DNA of 64,000 nucleotides from positions 1 through 64,000 of the IMG/VR virus record IMGVR_UViG_3300031823_000003; one strand, 5' to 3'. Position 1 is the stretch's first letter. The number at the start of each line of letters is the position of its first letter. Of the stretch, positions 17,653 through 27,385 are shown one piece after another. Origin of the DNA: a virus. The position numbers and the translations under genes are program-made. Below the pieces are notes generated by a model. That model did no database searches. It saw nothing but the letters and a program-made list of their open reading frames with translations, and had not been told where the DNA came from.

Positions 17653-18402
17653 ATGGATAATGCCATCGACTCGGCGTCAGATGCGTCTGTGACTGTACCC
17701 GCCTCTGCGCCTGCATCCACGCCTGCACCTGTACCTCCATCTAGTCCCGATCCCAGTCCTGTCCCCAACCGCATCCCCGTCACTCCTAACGACCTCGCTA
17801 TCACTCTCCGCACTACGCCCAAAATTGTCCGTTCTCTTATCGGCACTCACATCACCCGCATCGACCACCGCCACGTCGAGATGCCGACACCATCCAAGCT
17901 CAGGTGGCTGCGCTGCATGTTGGGACCGTTGCCGGAACGCCCGCTGATTGCGCTGCGCGACATCGCCGCGCGGACTAAAGTTACAGTCGAGCGCCTGCGT
18001 GATATATGTGCAAATTGCAAGCCCAAGCCGATCCCCATGCACGAAGATAAGGTACTGGGTGCACTGGTGGCCCCGAATCATGCCTGTGAACTCATCCGGC
18101 AGGCGATGGCGACCCGGCAGTCGTTTGACCGGATATCTCTGCTGATGTGGATGTGCGGGCTGGATATGGATGTCGATATCAGGCGCAAGCCGAGACCGTA
18201 TGCGATCGCCATAGAGTACGAGGTACGGAGGCTGAGAAAATTACGCGACCCGGAGCGGACGATTCAGGCGTTACGGTTGTTGAGCCGGTATGTGGATGCG
18301 AAAGTAGTAGCGGAATCGGTGCTTAAAAGCAGGTTCCCGTGGGAGGCGGAAGAGATTGGCAGGCAGTTGGAGAAGATGACCGGGGGAATGGTGGACGAAT
18401 AG
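17653..18402 (+). CDS. Hypothetical protein, possibly DNA-binding
   Basis: Long ORF divergent from KTSC, sharing an ATTATAAT -10 element. Confidence 0.6.
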   Translation: MDNAIDSASDASVTVPASAPASTPAPVPPSSPDPSPVPNRIPVTPNDLAITLRTTPKIVRSLIGTHITRIDHRHVEMPTPSKLRWLRCMLGPLPERPLIALRDIAARTKVTVERLRDICANCKPKPIPMHEDKVLGALVAPNHACELIRQAMATRQSFDRISLLMWMCGLDMDVDIRRKPRPYAIAIEYEVRRLRKLRDPERTIQALRLLSRYVDAKVVAESVLKSRFPWEAEEIGRQLEKMTGGMVDE

Positions 18403-18425
18403 ACAGGGCGATCAGCGATCGGCGA

Positions 18426-18677
18426 TCAGACTTTCTCCCTGTCCGCTTCGACCTCTGCCAATAATTGAGATGCAAACGTGTGAGCTTGAACCTGCTGTAA
18501 TCGCTCGATCACTTCCTCGCACGGCAGGTCGATCAGGTGTCCGCCGTCTGCCGCTGACTGCCCGGCTGTAAATATCACCGTTTGATCGTCGCTGACCGGG
18601 CGGACTACCGCGACCAGCGAGGACTCGACATATACGCCATTGAAATCCATCCACACTATTCCGGTCTCCAGTTCCAT
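18426..18677 (-). CDS. FlbD-like small protein
   Basis: NG.YV.S.LV..V.P...TVI...G.....EEVIERL resembles the FlbD family. Confidence 0.45.
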   Translation of the reverse strand: MELETGIVWMDFNGVYVESSLVAVVRPVSDDQTVIFTAGQSAADGGHLIDLPCEEVIERLQQVQAHTFASQLLAEVEADREKV

Positions 18678-19381
18678 ATCGGAGGCCGCAGACTTACTTC
18701 CGGCAGATATTTACCATCTTCTTTGTCGGGACGAACCCACTTGGCCATGAAATCAAATTGCCCCTTTCGCTCCACACGCCAGACAGCACCTTCTACTTGG
18801 TCGATCGCTCCGTGGAAAGACACTTGGGTATCAAGATTCCCCACAGGAAACGGCGGTCCGTCGCTCAGAACATGAGGAGTAACGAATCCAGCCCGGTGAC
18901 ATCGATCAACCACAGCATCCCAGGGGGTACGATCCGGGCCTTTCATCAGATCGAAGATAATGAAGGGTTCACCGGAAAGGTTGTAACGGGTTCCGTGAGC
19001 CTGAGCCATCCATTCTCCAACAGCTCGCTCGCCTTCCTGCAATAGCCCTCTGAATCTTTCTGCGTTTGCGCGCACCCAGTATGCGAATAACTGATGCTGC
19101 TCGAATTTTGAGGACTGAGCCATATACCCCGCTCGTCCCAGCGCAAGTATCTCTCCGGAATGAAGCGCAACTCCGCAATTTGACCCGTCAAGTTTCTCGG
19201 TAACGATTACCCGGTCACGCCTGTCACGAACTTTGATGCAGCATATATCGGCTTGCCCCTCTGGAACATGATGGTCGCCGATGCCGATCCGGCTATTGGG
19301 CAGATGTCCGATACTGCCGTAGTTTTTACGCCCTATCGGCTTAGGCTCTTTGACTGTGCTTGGTAATCCGGTATTTTCCAT
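18656..19381 (-). CDS. RNA ligase family (Rnl2-like) nucleotidyltransferase
   Basis: Motif I TEKLDGSN, then GEW, FIIFD, EGAVWR, AKWVR. Start uncertain. Confidence 0.85.
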   Translation of the reverse strand: MENTGLPSTVKEPKPIGRKNYGSIGHLPNSRIGIGDHHVPEGQADICCIKVRDRRDRVIVTEKLDGSNCGVALHSGEILALGRAGYMAQSSKFEQHQLFAYWVRANAERFRGLLQEGERAVGEWMAQAHGTRYNLSGEPFIIFDLMKGPDRTPWDAVVDRCHRAGFVTPHVLSDGPPFPVGNLDTQVSFHGAIDQVEGAVWRVERKGQFDFMAKWVRPDKEDGKYLPEVSLRPPIWNWRPE

Positions 19382-19531
19382 TGCATCTATTCCGTTGTAG
19401 GAAATTTTTGTTGCTCTTTTTGTCATTCTCGCTCTAGGAGCATGACTAGAGATCACTCAACCGATGACCATGTATCACCGGAATGAGATTGCGATCCGAG
19501 GCGCGCCCTCAGGGACCGCATTTTCATTAAC

Positions 19532-22267
19532 TCATTTCCCTCGTGCCTTGCTCACACGCCGCGCGGCTTCCTGTAACTGCTGTGACAGTGTCCACTCCGG
19601 GTGTTCAGACTGTACCTGTTTGAGTACGGAGTTGTCGAATGACGCGCCCTGGGTAGTCTGTGTATTCGGCGGCGGCGGCGGCGATGACTTCTCTAATTCC
19701 TGTTTCGCCGCACCACGGGACTCCAGTTTGTTCTTCAGGTCGTCCAATGCCGACTGAATGATCTGTATAGACGCCCGCTGATCCTCCGGGACTTTGTTCT
19801 CAGTATCGGGGGGAGTGGCAGATGCACTGACAGGCTGACGATTTACTCTGCGTGCCATCTCGACATCGGATTCAGCAGCAGGACTGGCAGTGGGAGTGGA
19901 TGATTTACCTGTCGGACTGCCTGTCGCCGCCCGCATCACTTTGCCTATTTGTTCTTTGCTGAGCACAGTCTGAAACGTGCTGAGCGGAGGAATTCTATCT
20001 CCGTGCCGCACTCTCTGCACTAGTCCATCGGCCACAGCCTGTGTTACTGGCGTTCTCTCTTCCGGCACCTTGTCCAATACCTCGTTAATGACCTTGATAT
20101 CCTGCGGCGTAATGCTGCTCAGCCAAGCCTGCCCGAATCGTGAATTGACCAGCGCCATCTCGCCGAATCTTGCCACCGTATAAGGGATTGCGTACCCGAT
20201 GTTGTGACCGATGACAGGACCTAACAGGCTGATGCCGCCGAGCACGGTGTCATATTTGGTCCACGTCAGGGACTTCTCTCTGGCTTCCCTGGCTTTCTCG
20301 GCCTTGGCTTCTCGGAGCTTGGCAACGATATCGTCCACGGTCGGATTCGGCTTGATATTCGGGGGAGCGGGAGGATCGGTGCGCGACAGTTTCTTGGCGC
20401 GCGCGGACTCAATCTCGGATAGATGCGGTTCGACAGGTGCAACGGGCGCAGGCTCGGCAGGCGGCGCAGGCGGGACGAGGCGCGCAGGAGCAGATGGAAC
20501 TCTGACTTTGGAGAGCGCCGACTCAAGTGCATTATAGTTTCTGAGCTTTGCCATCAGAGTCGGTGCGGCACCGTATTTGTTATAACGTGCGAACGTCTCC
20601 ATCAGGCGGTTGCCGAATTTTCCCAGTACTTTCGCCGCGACCACGGGATCATCTACAGCGCGATACAGGCGTGCCAGCGGGCTACCGCCAGTACCCTCGG
20701 CCCGCATATCGTGCCAGTCCTGCATGTACTGCTTCCAATCAGACTTGATCGCGGTGTATTCCTTGCCAACGCCAGCAGCCTCGGCAGTCGCGTTGAGAGA
20801 TTTGTCATAGGCGTCATACAGTGTGAACAGTGCGCGGCGTAGATTGCCTTCGGCGGAGTACGCCTTTTCGCCAATCGCCGAATATTGTGTGCGGGCGTCA
20901 TCGAACGGGATCGACTCTTTGGGCACTGATCGTAACTCGCCTTGCTCCGTCTCTACCTTCTCTCCCTTTTCGGTGATCTCCTTGACGATGTCGTTGAATA
21001 TTTTTAAGTCAGCGGGTACTCCGGCAAGCATGGCGCGAGCAGACTCAACAGCGGCGTAGAGTGGAGGCGCTTGTACGGGAGCATCAACGCCGACCTTTTC
21101 GCGCAGTTCGTTCCAGCGGTTATCAAGTTCGCTACGGACAGCAGTGTGAGTAGACTTGACGTTGTCATCGACTAACTTTGTATACGCCTGCTGTCCGTAC
21201 TCTAATGCTTCCCGGCGAGCAGCGGTGGCAGCAGCTTCCCGTCCAGCTTGCCGCGACTCATATGCTTTTCGCACCCATTCGGCGCGAGCCTGAGCTACTT
21301 TTTCCGCGTGCTGGCCTTGGAGTTCAGCTACTTTCCGGTCGCGGGCGGCTACGTTATCGCCGTGCTCCTGTCTGGCCTTGGTGATCTTTTCGTCAAAGTC
21401 CTCGTTAATGTGCTGGACTTTGGTCTGATAATCCGCGTCCCGGCTGGCAAACTTTTCTGTCTCGCTTACATTGTGCTTGCCTACGTCCTCTACCATTGAC
21501 TTTGCGGTCTGTTCAGCTAGTCGCGGACCAGCTCCGATTGCGCGTTGAGCAGTGACGGTAGCCGCCTCCTTGACTTTAGGTGCCGCCCGCTGAGCGCCCT
21601 CGATCGCACCCGCTGCTCCACCTGCAACCATGCTTGCGCCCAGTAATAGGTCTTGGACGTTTTCAGGCGTAGGGTGAGTGCGGGCCTCTTTGATTTGTCG
21701 TGGGAGAGGCGCCGCCGCCTGTGTGCCGAACACCACCGCCGGTATCGCGGGATCGACTGCGCCTGTCGCGGCGATAGCGGCGTTCTTCTTGTCGGCGAGC
21801 GAGCCTTCGGCACTGACTGCGACGCCACCTGTTTCGCCTAGTAGTGATTTCACCCAGTGCGATGCCCGCGCCATCCAATTGGACGAATCTGCTGCTTTGT
21901 ACTGTTCCCGCTGGGCGTAGGCTTTGAATCCCAGCGACAGCACGTGAGCTTTTTCGGATAGTGGCAGGTCTTCAAAGCGGCGGTTGCCGAGAATAGTCTT
22001 GATCTCGGTCTCAGGCGGTGATCCGGCTGGAGCTTGCTGTTTTTTGAGTTTTCCTCGTGGCTCAAATGTCCGGATGCTGTGAATCAGTTCCGGGTGAGAT
22101 TCGAGAGCGCGGCGGGCGACGATGGCATCCGGGATGGATTGCAGATCGGGGATGCGGCGCTTGATGCCGGATGCGAATTGCGGGATCGTCAGCAGCGCCG
22201 GGGACTGAGCGGGCACTGTTGTTGCTGAGTCCTTGGTTGACTGCGCGGCAGTGGGGTCGTCGGCCAC
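19532..22267 (-). CDS. Large helical protein, probable internal virion/DNA ejection protein
   Basis: 911 aa, Ala-rich and helical; last of three increasingly large genes after the tail genes. Confidence 0.6.
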   Translation of the reverse strand: MADDPTAAQSTKDSATTVPAQSPALLTIPQFASGIKRRIPDLQSIPDAIVARRALESHPELIHSIRTFEPRGKLKKQQAPAGSPPETEIKTILGNRRFEDLPLSEKAHVLSLGFKAYAQREQYKAADSSNWMARASHWVKSLLGETGGVAVSAEGSLADKKNAAIAATGAVDPAIPAVVFGTQAAAPLPRQIKEARTHPTPENVQDLLLGASMVAGGAAGAIEGAQRAAPKVKEAATVTAQRAIGAGPRLAEQTAKSMVEDVGKHNVSETEKFASRDADYQTKVQHINEDFDEKITKARQEHGDNVAARDRKVAELQGQHAEKVAQARAEWVRKAYESRQAGREAAATAARREALEYGQQAYTKLVDDNVKSTHTAVRSELDNRWNELREKVGVDAPVQAPPLYAAVESARAMLAGVPADLKIFNDIVKEITEKGEKVETEQGELRSVPKESIPFDDARTQYSAIGEKAYSAEGNLRRALFTLYDAYDKSLNATAEAAGVGKEYTAIKSDWKQYMQDWHDMRAEGTGGSPLARLYRAVDDPVVAAKVLGKFGNRLMETFARYNKYGAAPTLMAKLRNYNALESALSKVRVPSAPARLVPPAPPAEPAPVAPVEPHLSEIESARAKKLSRTDPPAPPNIKPNPTVDDIVAKLREAKAEKAREAREKSLTWTKYDTVLGGISLLGPVIGHNIGYAIPYTVARFGEMALVNSRFGQAWLSSITPQDIKVINEVLDKVPEERTPVTQAVADGLVQRVRHGDRIPPLSTFQTVLSKEQIGKVMRAATGSPTGKSSTPTASPAAESDVEMARRVNRQPVSASATPPDTENKVPEDQRASIQIIQSALDDLKNKLESRGAAKQELEKSSPPPPPNTQTTQGASFDNSVLKQVQSEHPEWTLSQQLQEAARRVSKARGK

Positions 22268-22276
22268 AATGGGATT

Positions 22277-24148
22277 CTACTTCGGCTGCGGTTGTGATTG
22301 CGCCGGCAATAGGAAATATTTGTCGAGCAACTGTTTTTGCTCCGGAGTTTCGGCGGCACCCGGATCGCTGGACGCAGGCGTACCCGTGCTTGTCTTGGCA
22401 AACCGTTTCAGGTCGTTCGGCAGCGGCTGACCGCTCATGTTCTGCTGCCAGTCGGCGGCGATACTCTCTCCGGCTTTGGTGGTCTCGCGCTGCACAATAC
22501 CGAATAAATCTTTACGCTGATCTTCCGGCAGCAGACCTTCGCTGGCAAGCGAATAATAACGCCGTAACTTATCCCATAGGCTACCCGTATGCTGTTCCAG
22601 TTGCAGTTCCTGTTGTGGCAAACGCACGCTTCCGGGATTCATGGCGCGCACAGCGGCCACTACCATAGCCAAGTCTTGTCGGGGAGTGGCTTTGGCTGGA
22701 TCGCTATCGACCTCTTTCATGTAATCTTCCTGCGCGTTGAGCAGGCCGAACAGTGGCTTCATTTTCTGATACGTAGTAGTCGTGGTCTGCTGTGTCTTGG
22801 CTTTGGGCTGAGATAGAGTGTGACCGATTACCCGGTCACCTGATACGCCTGCACCTGCTGCTGTCGGAGTTGATGCGGCTGTGTGTGAAGGCGCGGCAGC
22901 AGCAGTAGTAGTCGATGGCTTTGTCGATCCGGCACTGGGTGTGTTACTAGGTGTACTGATCGTGCCACTCGGATGAACCGCTGGAGTCCCGGTCTTTTGC
23001 GGCGTCGTGGTCCGTTGCAGTTTGACCACGTGAATCTCGCCTGTCTCTTTATCCGTGTAGATGTAGTTTTGCTCACTGACTTTGCCCATTTGTCCGGACG
23101 CTACCCACGACTGGCGTAATTGCTGTAACGACTCCGCGCTCAGTTCCTTTTCGGGGATACCCGCTTCCTTGGCGACCCGCTCAATGTACTCCTGTTCACT
23201 CCCCGGCTTGGCGATCTGCGATGCAGGCGCACGGACCTCTCCGGCGTCAACCCAGTCCGACACTTTGCCGTCGGCGCTTTGATAGCGTTCGTATTTATGG
23301 TTATCAGGGCCGATACGGGTATCGAAAATTTTCTGCTTCTGGCTGTATCCGGACGCTGCTTCGCCGATACGATCGCGCAGTGATTGTACTTTTTGATCGT
23401 GCGCTGTCTTTTGTTCGGGTGTCATCTGGGACGTATCCGCCATTTCCAGATTACGGAGATCGAGTTTGTCCTGAGTCAGTCCCTCAGCGAGTGCCTGGTC
23501 GCCGCGCATCAGTTTGAGTTGTTGCTGGTACGCGGGACTGGTATACATTGCAGCTTCGCCTGTGTAATCGGGACCAATCTTCTGCCGGATCATCACGGCG
23601 GCCTGCAACTTTTGTAATGGGTCGTTCGATGCCCACATGGCCAGCGGATTTTGCTGGTCACCGGATGCAGATGGACCCGCACCTGAGCCACTTGATTTGC
23701 TCTTGGACTTTTTGCCCTTGCCGTCCTGTTGCCCGAATAGATTCTGGTAGAACTGCTGTTGCACTTGCCATGCGGCGTCGGCTGCGGACTTGGCTTCCTG
23801 CACCTCTTTGGAATTGGGATCGGCACCGGATTTCAGCATCCCCAGATAGTTGTTCCGCGCTGTCTGATAGTTGTAGTTGAGACCCTGTGCGAGACGTTGT
23901 TGCTTGTAGGCGCGGACCTGATTCGCGTAGTCTCTGCCCCGGAGAGCACCCTTGAGCAGGGAATCAACGACAGTGGCAACTTTGGTTATACCCGCGCCTC
24001 GCCCACCGATCAGCGATGGAGACTGAGGCTGGGCAGTATCCTGCTGCGGTACAGGCGGAGGAGCGGTGATCTCCGGAATCTGCGGCGGAGGGGGAGCCGT
24101 ATAGGGTGTAGCGCTCGTAGGATCGTAAGCGGCTGGGTTTTGAGCCAT
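22277..24148 (-). CDS. Probable internal virion/ejection protein
   Basis: 623 aa, Gln/Ala-rich; synteny. Confidence 0.55.
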   Translation of the reverse strand: MAQNPAAYDPTSATPYTAPPPPQIPEITAPPPVPQQDTAQPQSPSLIGGRGAGITKVATVVDSLLKGALRGRDYANQVRAYKQQRLAQGLNYNYQTARNNYLGMLKSGADPNSKEVQEAKSAADAAWQVQQQFYQNLFGQQDGKGKKSKSKSSGSGAGPSASGDQQNPLAMWASNDPLQKLQAAVMIRQKIGPDYTGEAAMYTSPAYQQQLKLMRGDQALAEGLTQDKLDLRNLEMADTSQMTPEQKTAHDQKVQSLRDRIGEAASGYSQKQKIFDTRIGPDNHKYERYQSADGKVSDWVDAGEVRAPASQIAKPGSEQEYIERVAKEAGIPEKELSAESLQQLRQSWVASGQMGKVSEQNYIYTDKETGEIHVVKLQRTTTPQKTGTPAVHPSGTISTPSNTPSAGSTKPSTTTAAAAPSHTAASTPTAAGAGVSGDRVIGHTLSQPKAKTQQTTTTTYQKMKPLFGLLNAQEDYMKEVDSDPAKATPRQDLAMVVAAVRAMNPGSVRLPQQELQLEQHTGSLWDKLRRYYSLASEGLLPEDQRKDLFGIVQRETTKAGESIAADWQQNMSGQPLPNDLKRFAKTSTGTPASSDPGAAETPEQKQLLDKYFLLPAQSQPQPK

Positions 24149-24162
24149 ATTCTAATCCTGAT

Positions 24163-24786
24163 TTAGAACGCAGCTAGCGCATCCAGCAGGCTTGCCCCGC
24201 CCTGCTGGCTGCTTGCGATGGAACCGATGGTGCCGCCTAGACTACCCAGCATACCGAACTGTTGGCCTTTCTCCTGTGCTTGCAGTTGCTGGCTCTGTAT
24301 CTGTAACTGTCCCAAACTAGCTAATCCAGAATTGGCGGTGCCTAGGCCGCTGATTCCTGTCCCCGCTGCACTGATGGACTCGCCGACGCCTTGACCAGCG
24401 AGTTGCCCCAGAGCGTTTGGAGCGGCCAGAGTGGCCCCGGATGCAGCAGAGGCTATCTGCGCGCCACGGTTAATATCGGTGGCCTCAAGTGCAAGATTTT
24501 TCTCGCCGCCTGCCGGACTGTTAGCGAGGATATTAGATTTAGCACCAGCGGTTGCCTGAGCGGTCTGTTGTGCGGCAGGCGCGATTGCCTGCATGATGGC
24601 AGCGGGATCGCCGCTAGCCAGAGCTTGGTATTTATCTTCGGCTATTTGTAGTCCAGGTTCGGTAAGCTGGTACAGTTGTTCGGCGTTCTTGGCCTGCCCC
24701 TGAGCAATGTTAACCAGAGCGGATTGATTGCTCTCCATTTCCTGCTGGACCTGCGGCGTGAGTCCGGCTGGCTGTCCCTTGCCCAT
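24163..24786 (-). CDS. Probable small ejection (pilot) protein
   Basis: MGKG start; G/A/Q-rich; C-terminal GxxG amphipathic segment; GGAGA RBS. Confidence 0.6.
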   Translation of the reverse strand: MGKGQPAGLTPQVQQEMESNQSALVNIAQGQAKNAEQLYQLTEPGLQIAEDKYQALASGDPAAIMQAIAPAAQQTAQATAGAKSNILANSPAGGEKNLALEATDINRGAQIASAASGATLAAPNALGQLAGQGVGESISAAGTGISGLGTANSGLASLGQLQIQSQQLQAQEKGQQFGMLGSLGGTIGSIASSQQGGASLLDALAAF

Positions 24787-25507
24787 TTGTGATCGAATCT
24801 CCAGCTAGTGCCAGCAGTTTACGCCGGCAGCATAGCTCAAAGTCTGCTCTGGTCAGCGCAGATACCGTACACTCTACCAGACCGCCATCGTGGGTGCGAA
24901 GCAGATCGGGGATATTGCCAACGTCCCTCGCGCCGTACTGCTGCATCCATTTCCCGGCTAAGATATTTGAGGTATAACGCTGGCCTAGGATCGTCCGCAA
25001 TGAGTGTTGGGAGAACAGGTAGGCGAGACCGAGCATACCGAGGATAACGGATTCAGAGGTCCCCCACCAAGGCTTAAAGTAGCAAAAAGCTGCAAAGGCC
25101 GAGTTGGCAGATGGGGATAGGATAATCTCCGTCGGCCAAGCGAATCCGGCGGGAGTAAACTCAGTGAGTGATGTGTGCTTGCATAATAGAATGACCTGAC
25201 GGTTAGCCAGATAAGAGCAGATCGCATCCGCCGACAGATCAGCCATTCCGCAAAAAGTCTCCGGCAGAACTCCGTATGGAGATGATGGACGGGACAACAG
25301 GCATTGTGAATAGAGATAATGAATATAATTTGTGCCGAAAACTGGAACCCGCGTGCGGTCATAGGGAATGACTTGCAGATCGCCGAGTCGGTAGTTGTCC
25401 AGTTTGAGCGCGTCGATGATGGGAGAGTCACTCACTCGGCGCATCCTCATCGTGGCCGTCGGGAAGTTTATCCCAACCGTTTTCCATGCGGACAGCGTGG
25501 TAGTCAA
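24710..25507 (-). CDS. GNAT-family N-acyltransferase (start uncertain)
   Basis: F.PWWG...LGLAYLF..HSLRTILG....NILA.KW.QQYG..DVG.IP is a RimJ/RimL-like C-terminal half. Confidence 0.65.
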   Translation of the reverse strand: MTTTLSAWKTVGINFPTATMRMRRVSDSPIIDALKLDNYRLGDLQVIPYDRTRVPVFGTNYIHYLYSQCLLSRPSSPYGVLPETFCGMADLSADAICSYLANRQVILLCKHTSLTEFTPAGFAWPTEIILSPSANSAFAAFCYFKPWWGTSESVILGMLGLAYLFSQHSLRTILGQRYTSNILAGKWMQQYGARDVGNIPDLLRTHDGGLVECTVSALTRADFELCCRRKLLALAGDSITNGQGTASRTHAAGPAGNGEQSIRSG

Positions 25508-25543
25508 TGCTGCGGGTGTCCTTGCGTCTGATTCTGTGCTGGC

Positions 25544-25822
25544 TCATTGTGCGGCCGTCTCTGCTTCTGCTGCTATCGCTGACTTTTTATCAATCCACGC
25601 CTCGGCGTATCTCACGATCTGGTCCACGGTGACGAGCTTGAACAGGTCATCATCGGGAATTGGACCGATGGATAGTTTTTCATCCAGCGCAAGTGCCAGA
25701 TGTACGAAATCAAGACTGTCCAGTCCGAGATCACCGATCAAAGTGGAATCGAGACTCGGCGATTTCCCTGATTCTTCGGCGACACAGTGCAGGACGATAT
25801 TGACGACCTCATCGTGAGTCAC
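25544..25822 (-). CDS. acpP: Acyl carrier protein
   Basis: DLGLDSLDFV phosphopantetheine site; IPDDDL..L.TV.QIV.Y. Confidence 0.9.
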   Translation of the reverse strand: MTHDEVVNIVLHCVAEESGKSPSLDSTLIGDLGLDSLDFVHLALALDEKLSIGPIPDDDLFKLVTVDQIVRYAEAWIDKKSAIAAEAETAAQ

Positions 25823-25827
25823 AGAGA

Positions 25828-26319
25828 TTACCTCTCCAGTAGAGTTTTGATCGTGTCGGCCAGTCCGAGTATGAATAGTGCTATCGACGAATACGCCAGC
25901 GCCAGTGTGGTCGCATATTTCGGAGCGGTGTAATTGGATGAACCAGTGTATTTGGCGTTCGGTGGCGGTGGGGCGTAGTCGAACGGCGGCGGCAAATTCT
26001 TTGGGTACTTGGCATGCAGGTACGCCTCATAGCAGACCGCCGTCCAGACATTGAACAGTAGAGCTTGAATCGCAGCCGCAATCAGCAGGGTAGCGGGTAC
26101 AGGCTGACGATGATAAGCGCAGAGCAGAGCGAGTGCCAGAGCGACGCCGAATATGACGTAATAGAACCTGCGGAATAATGCGTAGGGCGCGAAGAACGAT
26201 CCCCGGTCAGCGCCCCAGTCCATTTCGTAGACGCGGCCACGGAGACCGGCCCAGAATGAACTGCACAGACCGAGAGGGAGCAATATGACCAGAAGTATTA
26301 TGAATAACGTGTCACTCAT
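25828..26319 (-). CDS. Four-TM membrane protein
   Basis: Four hydrophobic helices; AGGAG RBS. Confidence 0.7.
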   Translation of the reverse strand: MSDTLFIILLVILLPLGLCSSFWAGLRGRVYEMDWGADRGSFFAPYALFRRFYYVIFGVALALALLCAYHRQPVPATLLIAAAIQALLFNVWTAVCYEAYLHAKYPKNLPPPFDYAPPPPNAKYTGSSNYTAPKYATTLALAYSSIALFILGLADTIKTLLER

Positions 26320-26329
26320 GCCTATGCTC

Positions 26330-26608
26330 CTACGCTCTCCCTGCGCCCGGAATAAATTGTCCCGCTCCGGGTACTTGTATCTTCGGCGGGTCCAGTGCCT
26401 GGATCACACCTTCGATATTGATGCATGCCGCCGCCAGTCCCTGCATAGCCGGATGATATACAGGCATATCGAATGACAGGAGCGCATTGCGGTAGGCGAG
26501 GCCGATGGCATCGCGGACCTTGCGCAGTTCGACAGCGAGAGCTTCGGCGCGGGGGCTGGGATCGATAGTGACGGTGACGGTGAGAGATTGTTGCTCGGTG
26601 ACAGGCAT
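26330..26608 (-). CDS. Hypothetical protein
   Basis: Packed ORF. Confidence 0.55.
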   Translation of the reverse strand: MPVTEQQSLTVTVTIDPSPRAEALAVELRKVRDAIGLAYRNALLSFDMPVYHPAMQGLAAACINIEGVIQALDPPKIQVPGAGQFIPGAGRA

Positions 26609-26616
26609 GCTCGGAA

Positions 26617-27030
26617 TTAACCTTTCTTATAGGCGCGGTTAGCTAAAAATTCTTTCACTGCTGTCTCCAGTGCATCCCCGATCCCGGTGAATTTTTCCCG
26701 GCGCACTACTTTGTACAGTTGTTCCCTGAGACTGGATTCCAGCCGGAATGACACCGTGACTCTGGGAACCGATTCGGGCGTGTATTGGCGGTATTTGCGG
26801 GATGATTTACGAAGAGATCGAGACGGCTTACGAAGAGACTGAGACGACTTCTGCTTACTCCGGGTACGGCGGGGAGAACTGGAAGACTCAGCATGAACAG
26901 TATCAGCGGAGCCAGCCACTCCATCTGCGTCGCCGTCATGCCCCCTCGTATTGTCGTTCTCAGTCTTCCCGCTTGCGCTTTCAGCGCTATCATCACACAC
27001 GCTCACTGAGGCCGCACCCGGTTCCGTCAT
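26617..27030 (-). CDS. Ribbon-helix-helix DNA-binding protein (C-terminal)
   Basis: RVTVSFRLESSLREQL......GIGDALETAVKEFL. Confidence 0.7.
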   Translation of the reverse strand: MTEPGAASVSVCDDSAESASGKTENDNTRGHDGDADGVAGSADTVHAESSSSPRRTRSKQKSSQSLRKPSRSLRKSSRKYRQYTPESVPRVTVSFRLESSLREQLYKVVRREKFTGIGDALETAVKEFLANRAYKKG

Positions 27031-27038
27031 TGCTGGTT

Positions 27039-27067
27039 AACGTATACGAACAGGTATACGATGTCAA
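27039..27067 (-). promoter_or_regulatory. Promoter TTGACA-N17-TACGTT carrying two TCGTATAC boxes
   Basis: Minus strand reads CCTTGACATCGTATACCTGTTCGTATACGTT. Confidence 0.7.
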
Positions 27068-27085
27068 GGCAAATTTGCGAATGGG

Positions 27086-27379
27086 TTACTCAATGGGTAT
27101 GTCGATCTTCGTCCCCTGCCATGCCAGCAGCCGGGCATTGATGGATTTGCGGGTAGAGTGGCGGTTACGCAGAGCGGGGATGATTACGTTCTCCCGCCAT
27201 TTGCCGATGTCGCCACCGAATCGCTGCTGGAGTTCGTCGAGGCTGATGCCGAATGTTTCGGCGACACCTTGGATTACGTGACCGTCATCGTCGGTCTCTT
27301 CGATCGACGCGGTGATGGTGTGATGGCCATTGACGGCGTTGATGTCAGCGGAGTGCGTTACCAGTTGGAGCTTAGGCAT
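27086..27379 (-). CDS. Hypothetical protein
   Basis: Packed ORF; GGGAG upstream. Confidence 0.6.
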   Translation of the reverse strand: MPKLQLVTHSADINAVNGHHTITASIEETDDDGHVIQGVAETFGISLDELQQRFGGDIGKWRENVIIPALRNRHSTRKSINARLLAWQGTKIDIPIE

Positions 27380-27385
27380 GAACAG

